This document shows positions 1 through 10,329 of a DNA stretch of 32,918 nucleotides, one piece after another. Positions within the stretch are counted from its first letter, which is position 1. Each line of letters begins with the position of its first letter. The stretch spans positions 42,247 to 75,164 of the forward strand of contig MU271392.1 of NCBI GenBank assembly GCA_021432655.1. Direction: 5' to 3'. Under the pieces are notes generated by a model. The model ran no database searches, was not told where the DNA came from, and saw only the letters and a program-made list of their open reading frames with translations. Source of the DNA: Atractiella rhizophila. Lineage: Eukaryota. The translations under genes and the position numbers were made by a program.

Positions 1-428
1 GAAGAATGCTTGTGCACCGTCAACCCAGCTCCTCCACCTCTCTCCCTCTCACCTCCCTCCGGTTCATGCACCCATTCTCCTTTCGAGAGCGTGCAGTCGA
101 GATACTGTTGGAGCTCTACGGCTTCACTCTTGGTGGATATCCCTGTCCCTGGAATGCCGTCGAACCCCGAATTTAGCGATCCTACTTGGTCGAAAGAGTA
201 GGTTAGAAGGGAGTCGAAGGAAGAGTTGAATGCAGTTGAAATTGGCAAAGAGTCGAATTCGAAGGGAAACTGGGAAGAAACACGAATTGATGGAAAGTTT
301 GAGGATTGTGATTTAGATGGAAATGCAGTAGAAAGTGTCGAAGTGGTTGTGGACGAGCGAAAGTGGTTGTAGAGCAGCACCAGTGTCACCGCGAGCAGGA
401 CAAAGGCAGATAACCGACGCGACACCAT
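1..428 (-). CDS. Partial (5' end) type II membrane/secreted protein, possibly CAP64/CAS3-like (PC-esterase/TBL-like) family
   Basis: ATG at 428 opens a frame that runs off the window: MVSRRLSAFVLLAVTLVLLYNHFRSSTTTSTLST...QQYLDCTLSKGEWVHEPEGG. It has an N-terminal hydrophobic anchor, an S/T-rich stem and a C-x4-G-x-W motif. The family assignment is inference from that motif. Not in the ORF track because there is no stop in the window. Confidence 0.6.
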   Translation of the reverse strand, partial: MVSRRLSAFVLLAVTLVLLYNHFRSSTTTSTLSTAFPSKSQSSNFPSIRVSSQFPFEFDSLPISTAFNSSFDSLLTYSFDQVGSLNSGFDGIPGTGISTKSEAVELQQYLDCTLSKGEWVHEPEGGERERGGGAGLTVHKHS

Positions 429-882
429 CACTTAAAAGAAGTTCTAAGTCCCATCAGTGACACTATCGAAGGCTGCTTTCACACTCACAAGGGAGATATT
501 AAGGTCCAGTTACTGGCTGGCATGCAGACGTTGCCGTTGTAGTAGTGTACTAAGAGAAGTGAGGGCACTCATTAGAATTCGGAGATTTAGGACTTCCGAT
601 CATCCACGACGGGCATCATCAACGCATCACACAAGCCACACGTCTGATCCAGTGTCTGCCTGCTCTTATTCAACGTCCCTCAGCTTCACCAGCCACACTC
701 GCCACCCACACCAAAAGATCTCACCGCGTTAGCTTCTAGAATACGTCCGAAGGAAGGAGATTCGGTTGCATTAGGTGCGCTTAGGTGAGCTCTCCACAAG
801 CATTCAAGAACATCGGGTACTGTCTCCCTTTATCGCCTCTGCCCCCTTAAGCAGCGCCGAGACGCGCACTCTGCCCCTCCGA

Positions 883-890
883 TATAAAAG
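883..890 (+). promoter_or_regulatory. Candidate TATA box (TATAAAAG) for the kinase gene
   Basis: Consensus TATAWAWR about 220 nt upstream of ATG 1103. Confidence 0.35.
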
Positions 891-1102
891 GGAGTGTTCA
901 ATGGGCCCTGTGGCTGCACGCTTTGACATTTCCTGGCTCTCATAAACCCGCTTACCGTTCAGGCTTACGGAGCAAACTCTAAAAATCCCTCAATAGATAA
1001 TCCCCTTTCGCTCCATCAAATCGTCCCAAAACACACCAACAAAACCTCCATCAGCGCCCCAACCTTCCAATCCTACCAACCAGAGCCATTTTCTTTGTCA
1101 AA

Positions 1103-3636
1103 ATGTCGGCAGAAGAACGTATACCGCTCGAAAGAGAGATGGGCCAATTCCACGCTCCCCAAACTGGCATAGGATCCGAATCGCTCGCTTACCAGCCTGC
1201 TGCTCGTACACCTGTTAACGGAGAGAAGGTCCCGCCTGCTGGAGAGCTTGTGGTGCAACTCAACAACCCTCAATCACAAGGCAATCACGGACACGAGCAG
1301 ATGTCCTCCGAGGACGAATCCATCGATACCGTTTCCACCGTCCCCTCTTCCTTGCCTACCACCCCTCCGAACGCAGATTCTGCACTCTCAACACTCACTC
1401 CCCTCGTGAAGGACTTTGCTGCTGCATCTGTCCCGACCTCGTCTTCGAATACGTCGTCCAGTGGCGTTACTCCCGATGTCGCAGATGCCTCCCGAATGGC
1501 CACTCCTGGCCTTTCCTGGCCTTTCCTCTCCCCAGAGCCCACCGATGACGCGCGAGTCCTCTGCCATAGCCTCCCTCCCATCGGTCTCAGCGAGTGGCTT
1601 TCACACACCTTCACTCGCGGAGCGCGAAGCCAGCTTAGGCGGCGAGGTGAAGAAGGAGAAGCCTCTGGCGACTACCGTCGGCTTGAAAGCGTTGGAGGAG
1701 AAACTGAATGCCGCTCATGTTGGCGCGAAGAAGACAGGCATCGATCGCCTCAAGGAGGTTGGAGTGGCAAGTGGCAATGACCGCAAAGTCAGAGGCAGTT
1801 TACCTTTTCCCGACTCGACACCGGCGTCTGGCACTTCTACCCCTGCTGGGACACCAAGTACGGTGCCAAAGGAGCTGAAACATGGGAAGGAGGAAAAGGA
1901 GAAGAAATCCATGTTTGCAAAGATGTTCGGAGGCGACAAAGACGGGAAAGATGGGGAGAAGAAGGATGGAGAGAAAAAGGACGGTCTTGGAGGACTGTTG
2001 TCGAGGAGGATGAGCTCGAATAAGAAAGAGGCGGATCAAGAGTTCAAGCTTACAAAGTCGAGCTCGGAGAAAGAAAAGGTGAGGGTTCTTCGGCCCCTGC
2101 CCTATTTTGGTCTCAATGCTGATGAACCTTGCGATCGTGACCGATAGCCCACTCCCGCGCCGCCAGCTGCAAAACTCAATGTCATCCCTCCCACCCCACG
2201 ACAAGAGCCCAGTTCGGAACTTCTTGCCCAGCCTCGAGCTCAACGATCGAGCACCAGTCTAAACAGAGAGAAAGAGAAAGACGGCCATCATTCACCCGCC
2301 TCGAAACCTTCCACTCTCAAGGAGCTCGTCGGCCTCACTGGGTCATCACCCTCGAACGTACAGAAACAGCCAGTGAGGAAGTCGAGCATGACGAGTCGGA
2401 AATCTGACGACGGAGTATCGGATGGAGGGAAAAGTGGAAAGGCTAGAAGTCAGAGTGGAAGAAGCGTCGCAAGTCTCAGTCAGAAGTATGGGGTGTGTGA
2501 GAAGGCGGCCATTGGAAAAGGTGCAACTGCTGTAGTTAGGCTGGCACATAAGTGGGATAGGACGACAGAGAAAGTGTATGCCGTTAAGGTTCGTCCTGCT
2601 ATTTCATGCCGGAAATGTAGGCTGAATACTAACTACTTGATGCAGGAGTTTCGCAAACGTAGAAAGGGCGAGTCAGAACGGGAGTACATCAAGAAACTTA
2701 CCTCCGAATACTGCATGTCAGTTTATCTTCCATTTGTGGGCATGACCGAAACTGACTGACTATTGTATAGCTCTTCAACGCTGCATCACATGAATGTAGT
2801 CGAGACGGTGGATTTGGTTCAAGACGAGAACCAGCACTGGTGTGAGGTGATGGAGTATTGCACGTGAGCTGACAGCTCCTCTTTCTTTGAAAGAGCCTAA
2901 ATGTTGTCTCGCGACGAATCAGCGGTGGTGACCTCTACGCGGCCATCAAGCGTGGTTCGATGTCACAGAACGTGATCAACTCTTTCTTCAAGCAGACGAT
3001 AACTGGTCTCGACTATTTGCACTCCATGGGAGTCGCCCATCGAGATATTAAACCTGAGAATCTCCTGCTTGATCTCCAAGGACACATCAAGATTACCGAT
3101 TTCGGTGTGTCGGACGTTTTCAGGATGTGTTGGGAGAAGACCACGCATCTCAGCAAGGGTCTCTGCGGTAGTGAGCCTTATATCGCCCCGGAACAATTTG
3201 AGCAGAAAGGTACGTCGCTTCACTTCGTTATGGGAAACTTTCGATACTGATGTCTGAAGCAGAATACGATGCTCGCTTAGTCGATGTCTGGGCCTGTGCC
3301 GTCGTGTTTTACTGCATGGAGTCGCAAGAGATACCCTGGAGAGTGGCGAGACCGTCAGATCCTTCATTTCAAGGCTACATCCTTGCTTATCCGAACTCGT
3401 CGTCACCTCCTCCTCTCAACAATCTTACCCCGAAAGAAGCCAGGGTTCTGGTGAAGAAGATGCTAAATCCGAACCCGAAAACGAGACTGCAATGCCCAGC
3501 CATTTTGCAGGATCCAGTGCGTTCTTTCGTCTACTGATCAACAATAGTGCTGACTCTGAAACAGTGGATACAATCCATTCAAAGCGATCTATCACGAGCC
3601 GACCTCGACACAATCGGTCAGGGAACGGCAATGTAA
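1103..3636 (+). CDS. Ser/Thr protein kinase, fungal HAL/NPR family (Hrk1/Oca2-like); reading frame disrupted near 1505-1524
   Basis: Motifs [71 protein letters not shown], DVWAC. Introns 2079-2147, 2589-2645, 2717-2770, 2864-2922, 3210-3262, 3517-3564; stop TAA at 3634-3636. The N-terminal ORF from 1103 is out of frame with the kinase frame. Confidence 0.9.
1504..1527 (+). repeat. 10-bp tandem duplication (TCCTGGCCTT x2.4) in the kinase 5' coding region
   Basis: Sequence reads TCCTGGCCTT TCCTGGCCTT TCCT. Removing one unit joins the 1103 ORF to the kinase frame. Confidence 0.9.
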
Positions 3637-4233
3637 TAACGTCAGATCCAGAAGTGTATCAACCGTTTTCTTATTCTCGCAAGTCTGTATTCCCTTCGAT
3701 TTGGTCTCAATCCGTTCGATACCTTCGGTCCGCCAATTCCAAAGTTATTCAGGATACATGAGTGGAAGATTTTATCGGTTTCGCGTCAGGTTTCATCAAG
3801 ATGAACGCAAGAAGAATTATGTTCAAGACAAGCTCATACAGTCACTTTCCATTCGTAGTATTCCGCCAAACGTAAATGACATCTCTAATATCCTTTCCTC
3901 CAGTTGACTTTAAACAAGCACTCAACTAATGTATTTCTAATGCCCGTGTTCTCGCCCGTTCACTTTCACTTTCTACCTGTTACTCAAGATTCGTTCTGCT
4001 TTGAGTGACGACCTTCCTTTCCTCTTTTCTTGCTGTGTCTAATTTAGAATATTCGACAGTCTTTCGTTCTCATGTGAATAGATTGCAGTGGTTCCTGGAC
4101 GTTTTCTCGTGCTTCCTTCTTCGACGTGGTGAAATAAAGCGGTTCATATTTCTTCTGCCACACGCTACGTGACTTTGTGAGCTGCTATGGTACATCCTTA
4201 CAATGAGTGAGGGTAAGGTACACTCTTATGCTT

Positions 4234-5428
4234 CTACGTCGCCTCAGTCTTAACGTCGACTCCATTGATCACTTTCTCGTCTCCTCCACTAGCATGTGAC
4301 TCGTCGACAGTTGAGACCTTCGCCTTCTTGTACTTGTTAACCTCATCGCCCTCCTCCTCCTCCCTTTCCCTCTTCTCTGGCTTCAACTCTTCATCTTCAT
4401 CCTCATCCTTCAGAGACAGCTTCCCTATTTTCTCCCTCCTGTCAATGATCTCCTTATACGTCTCACTCGTGAACGTAAACTTGTCCTCCTTGATCGCCTC
4501 CTTGTACAACTTGTTAACAAACTCCCTCTCTGCGGCGTCCATCAAACAATTGTTCCACCATCTCTCCTGGCTGTTCATCAACGCTCTACCTTTTAACGTT
4601 CCATGTTCTGACTGCTCAGAGATAACAAAGAGGAGGAAAGAAGCAGCATAAGGCTTGAGAGGCGTGACTTCGTTGAGATGTTTGAGGATGCGGGAGATAC
4701 GAAGATTGTTATGCGATGACTGAACGAGGTTGCGATAGCGAGATGATTGGTTCGAGGAGGACGAGCGTGAGAGGAGACCGGTTTTCTGACAAGTGAGCGA
4801 CATGCCTGTGTTCAAGCATCAACGTCAATGTCAGAGACAAGATCATCTGAAGGACGAAGGGACCTGCCGTAGAAATCGAGCATAAGCTCGTACGACCTTC
4901 GTACGCGATCTACAATCTCTGGAGTACTTCGCATTTCTTCTAATTCGTGTACCATCAACGGCTATGGGACAATTTATGTCAATCCGATCGAAGCTGAAGG
5001 AAGAAAAGGCACACCTGCGACTCGAAATTCATGCCGTGTTCACGAATTGGAAAGAGCCACTGGATGAAACCGTGCTTGTATTCGAGCTTGTCGTACGCTC
5101 CTTTCCAATCTCGATGAATCTATTCAGAGCGGACATGTCAGTGGATGTGTCGGCTGAGGAAGACGGGTACTAGGAGAACGAGCCTCATCGATGAGCTTGT
5201 TGTCAGGTCTACCTCGCTCAGTTTTTACTAAACAGTCCTGAAGGATTGTGAGGACGTACCTGCATCTGCACGAAGGAATAAGTATTAGAAGAGTTCGTGA
5301 GAAATGTAGTAAAGGAGCGCTTGCCTAAGTTCATTCTTGTAGAATCGCAGGTTGGCGTTAGCCTTCTTGTCGTCCCTTTGGCCAGGATACCCGTCTAGAA
5401 ACAGTTTGACATCCCCAGGAACATTCAT
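4234..5428 (-). CDS. Opioid growth factor receptor (OGFr_N) domain protein
   Basis: Spliced product contains NLRFYKNELRCRPD, LEYKHGFIQWLFPIREHGMN, YELMLDFYGMSL and RYRNLVQSSHNNLRISRILKHL, characteristic of OGFr_N. Exons 5428-5325, 5265-5260, 5208-5184, 5119-5015, 4961-4868, 4805-4234. Confidence 0.88.
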
Positions 5429-5882
5429 CTTGTCTATGTTATGGTAATTTCTATGTGGGAGAAAAAGTGAAAGTATGCGCGTTCGTTGTCTCATATTGCA
5501 CGTGCCCTTGTGCCTTGAAACGTACAGTGAAGTACAGTCACCAGGCAACAGGCAACACTTGTTGGAGCCAAGAATCAATATAATTGCAATAGTTGGAAGG
5601 AAGGATCTCAAGAGTCAGCCCACCCATCAGACATTTGGGCTGGGACGGACCACAGGAAAACCCATGAAAGGGTCTTCCTGCTTTGATTTACCCCTTCAGA
5701 CCAGTTCTAACAAGTCTACATCTGCAGTTTTGTGAGGAAGTCGGCTGCTCAGTGGGGTTTAACAAAGGCTGGTCACCTTTTGCGACTTTCGTTCTTTTCC
5801 TCTTTCTTTTCACATTTCTTGCGGCTCAGGCAGCATCCACATTTGCAGAAAATTCCGTATTCAAACCCAAATCGGATGCTAG

Positions 5883-7477
5883 ATGCACGGGTTATATCGT
5901 CCAGCATGGCAGAGAAAGGATAGGCAAAAGCGGGCTTTGTCTCTCTCAACCTTGAAGAAACGCAGCTGGAAACGTTCAACCGTCAATTATTACCTCTTCG
6001 TCTTTCTGCTATTCTCATTATTTCAACTTGCTCAAGCCACGTCCTCCCATCACCATCATCAGTCACATTCACACTCGAGAACCTTGGGGAGAGAGAGGAG
6101 GAGTGAAACGGGGAAGAAGAGATTGCAATTGGGAGCTCGGCAGTTGTCAGGGGCAGAAGTTTCGCCTGGAGAAGGGACGGCCACAGATGCGGCTGCAAAT
6201 GGGGATAACCAGGCTATCGATGTTGCTCGGGCGACGGACGCTTTGACAGATTCTTCTGTCAACAATTCAACAATAACAGATGCCCAAACCACGACGTCCC
6301 AGTCATCCGATTCGGAAACAGCTACTCCCTCTCAAACCTCATCGGATACCGTCAAGAGGACCTCTTCCTCTTCCTCCTCCGATAGCACGACCAGCACGAC
6401 CTCCCCAACGACCACCCCCATTCCTCCTTCAACACCAGCACCGATCACCACTCCGTCTTTTACGTCGACTCCCACACCACCTCCCACCGCCACCCCTCCA
6501 CCGAAGAAGGCTGAGCAAGGCTTAATCTCTTTTCTCTTTGATAAGAGAAAGAACAAATTCTTCCCAGCCGTGATAGCAGGCTGCGTGCTGATCGGTTCGT
6601 CTATGCCCTGTCTTCATTATGGTATACAAAAGACTTAACGAAATTTCCAGGTTTCGCCGTGATTCTCGTCGTCCTCTTCATTTTCCGCTTTGTGGCACAG
6701 AGACGATATGCTCGCACACAGTACAAGCGCTTCGTTCCCGTTTTCGACGGTCCTAGCGACAGCTCCACAGGTGCAGCATCAAATGAGAAGGGGGCGGGGA
6801 TGGATGCCGCACCGCCAATAGCGATTGCATCTAGGCAATTACCCGATGCGCTCTTCTCACGACCTGCCCCCGCAAGGCTGGCGGATAACGATTCACTGCT
6901 CTTCCTCGATCGCCGACGCCTTCAGCGTCCTCCTCCTCAACAACAACGGCGACAACGACAACAGCAGATACCAGAAGCTCAACCTGAGCCGATAGTCTAC
7001 CGTCATCCGACGAAGAGGAAGGAGAGAGAAGCCTCCCAGAACTCAGCGACAAGCATCAACTCGAATGGTCCACCTCCTACGATTCCTCCCACATTTACGA
7101 GACCGGCGACTCCGCAGCGATACCCTGACGCCAGAGGGTTATTCATCAGCAAGGTACAACCTCCTGCTCCCGTCTATCATCAGCAGGAATTGTCAAGACC
7201 AGCTATGCAGCAGATGTCCAATTGGGAATCCATGATGGTTCCGTCTCAGGCGCCGGCGGATGGAAACGCCTCCCATAGACCTGAAGTATCACATAGAGAC
7301 CATCGAAACCAGGGAAGGGCAGCGAAAGACCCTATCCATGCCGCCGTTGAGCAGATGTTAGAGCGAAAAAAGTCTGACGAGATTTCGAGAGCTAGGGCTC
7401 CTGCAAGGGACTCAGGTGATGGGAAGAGGAAGCAAAGAAAGAAGGGACAAGCTATTAGGAAGAGAAGGACGGATTAA
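5883..7477 (+). CDS. Single-pass membrane protein with signal-like segment, S/T/P-rich (mucin-like) ectodomain and disordered cytoplasmic tail
   Basis: Hydrophobic YYLFVFLLFSLFQLAQA, then an S/T-rich tract and a TM segment FFPAVIAGCVLIG|FAVILVVLFIF followed by RFVAQRR. Intron 6595-6650. Start codon uncertain. Confidence 0.75.
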
Positions 7478-7711
7478 TACTTGTGATACTCTCTCTACAT
7501 ATTGCAAACAAATTGGGCTTTGTTTTGAGTTCTCACGTGAGACTGATTAATTCGGTCGTCGGACGGACTTTCGGCTTCCAGAATATGATCCAAATAGAGA
7601 CACACCGAAAAGGACAATGCGGCAAGAGCTGACGACTCCCTTCGCGCCAAAACGACGACCATCTACCTTGACTCTGACCTTGACTAGGCTGCCGAACGTC
7701 CACGTTACAAC

Positions 7712-9946
7712 ATGCTTTTTAATCAGGCCCCTGCCAGTCAGGGTGGCTCAACTTCCCAATCCCAATCACAATCACAACCATCAACCTCAGCCACTGCAGA
7801 TGAACCAATGACCCTCGACCAAATTCTCAATATGGATGTGGTGGGCAATATGTCCGGTCTCCTTCAGGACGCTACCATGATCAATGAAAAGGAAGGCACC
7901 GATTCTCAGCTTTCAGATCTTTACAGGTGCGATTTTTCTCCCAGAACTTTGTAGGGTCGCTGTGTTCACATTCAAGTTTGTTCAAGGTATCTCACCAACT
8001 CGAATGTTTTCGACGGCGAGAACCTCTCCACCTCAAAAGAACCCTTCGACTTCTCCTCCATGAACTCTTCCGACCCCTCATCTTTCTTCATCGATAACTC
8101 CTTTGACCTGAACGCATTACTTAACACCAACGGAACTCTCGACCTTTCGTCCGGAATAACGGCCGGTGCTCCGGGGAGCCCTATCACCTTCTCTCCATCG
8201 TCCGGTGGAGGTGGCAGGTCACTGTCTCCCGTCACCGTCCGTGACGAGGAAATGTCGGTGTCTTCTAGCGGCCCTGCCCAGCAGTTTAGCGTTGCGCAGC
8301 CTGTTCCTACTACGAAGAAGGCAGCGGCAGCGAAACCGAAGCGTAAATCTGCCACGAAGGCTCCAGCTGTGGTTCCTCCGCCTGCGCCAGTCCCCGAGTT
8401 CAATGTCTTCGGGGAAGATGAAGATTCAAAGTCATTCGACATGGACGCATTGGACGAGGATTCAGACGATCAGTTTGATGAGGACGGCTTGACACCTGTC
8501 GAGATCTTACATATCAAAGACAAGAAGAAGAAGGATTCAAAGGCCTCCGTTTCCAAACTCGCCACCACGGAGCTGCACAAAACGTCGTCAAGGAGTAAGC
8601 TTCCGCCTGTGCCCGATTGGATCGATAAACCGCCGCCTGAGGTTTACAAGAACCTTAGCAGCAAGGAAAAGAGACAGTTGAGGAATAAAATTAGTGCGAG
8701 GAACTTTAGGCACAGGAGAAAGGGTACCTTATCTTTACATTATGTCGTGTTTCGATCTCTAACATAGCATGTGACAGAGTACATCACTACTCTGGAAGAA
8801 GCGGTTCAGGCTCGGGATTCAGTCATCTCTAACCTCCGAGCTCAACTCGACGGCCTTACTCTCGAGAATTCGGAGCTCAAGAGGGAGAACAAAGAGATCA
8901 AAGCGAAATGGGACGAGATGCTCAGCAAGATCAACATTTCTGTCACCTCCCCCAAGAGTCCCAACACAATCGCTGCCGCTCTGGCTTCTCGTCCTGAGAT
9001 GTCGCCGACGCCGAAGAGGATGACCAACAGCTCCAGTTCCATTCCTCAACTTAACGTTAATAAAGATGTCGGCGTCAACGGAAAGAGGTGGGGACAGAGC
9101 GCCTTCGGTGGTGGATACACGAGCGTTCATCGTACACTCGTCCCCGAACTGCGATTTGCAGATTCGTCTTCCTCCTCCTCTTCTTCGTCAAGCTCGCCAT
9201 CATCTTCCTCGTCGACAGACAATATTACGCCACCTCCAGCTTACTCCCAACTTAACCTCCCCACGAACATGAATCCTGCACTCAACAATCTCTCTCCTAC
9301 TCAAACATCTCTTCTACCGCTCTTCACGGCTCATCTCCGAGCCTCTGGTATGCCTGGAAAGACAGAAGGCAAAGGTGTCCACGACGACTTCTTCGGTTCG
9401 AATCCCTACAATTTGCGTCCAGATCTGGTCGAAGAATACAGGAGCCAGTTATACGGCAAGTTGGCGAACAACCTGGCGTATAACGCGGTCATGCAGAAGA
9501 CTGGAGGAGCTGATGCGACGATGGAAGACGCTGAAGCTGGTCGACACAGGGCTAGCGCACTTGCTGCTGGCGGATGGCGACCAGCTTTCTTCACCTCTCC
9601 TAAATCGAATGACAAGAAGTTGGCGAAGGATCCTTCCCCGCCTCCATCATACGATCCCTCACCACTGATGGCTTCTCAAATTGCGCCTATAAAACCAAAC
9701 GTGGCCAGCGATTCCACCGGGCTTCTCTCTAAGATGGCGGAAACCTTCTGGCTCACGTTCTCGGGCGGCAATGATCTAGGAATTGAACCCAAGAAGCGAT
9801 CGGGCACTCTTGAGAGATCACTGAGTGTCTCTGTAGGCACAAGTTCCAGCTCAAGTGATTCACTGGACGAATTAGGCAGCAAGCTTGGGAAGATGAAGTT
9901 GGGGGAGACAAGTAGTAAGAAGGAGGTGAAGGTAGATGGGAATTGA
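7712..9946 (+). CDS. bZIP transcription factor
   Basis: Basic region KEKRQLRNKISARNFRHRRK|EYITTLEE followed by a heptad zipper (ISNLRAQLDGLTLENSELKREN). Introns 7927-7986 and 8724-8777. Confidence 0.88.
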
Positions 9947-10329
9947 TGCATGTTTCCGATGGTTATGGTAGGATTCGTTCTTCAGAGTGTATGTATGGTT
10001 GTCGTCTGTTCAAGTTCATTCCCTCAATATTTGCTTCAGTTTCATCGATTTCAAACCATCAATTATCTCGACTGAGACCCTTTCATTTCTCTATTCTCCG
10101 CTTTAATGGACTCGAAACTTGTGATTCTAGTCCCTGTTTAGAAGAAAACTAGCACATCTTGCAATGAAAGAGTACAATGAAATCCTTCACCCTTGGAAGA
10201 AGCGTTGCACAAATCACATGCTCAAGCTCGGTGGCGTTTAAGCTCACTGGCCGACTCCATGATTGCTCAGCATTGGAACATACATAAACGGTGGCGTTGG
10301 GCCATGGGTCGTGCCACGAGTAACCGATA

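Noticed and set aside
771..790. Imperfect direct repeat TTAGGTGCGC/TTAGGTGAGC, superficially telomere-like
   Set aside because: Only two imperfect units and not TTAGGG; insufficient support for a function.
1406..1484. Possible 79-nt intron (GTGAAG...GCAG) that would fix the kinase frame
   Set aside because: Weak donor and no CTRAY branch site. It would delete natural-looking coding sequence and add an odd MPPEWPLLAF segment. The 10-bp duplication is more parsimonious, though not excluded without RNA data.
3978..4009. 9-bp stem hairpin (GTTACTCAA...TTGAGTGAC) between convergent genes
   Set aside because: Short, with no recognisable snoRNA, tRNA or riboswitch motifs; compatible with chance.
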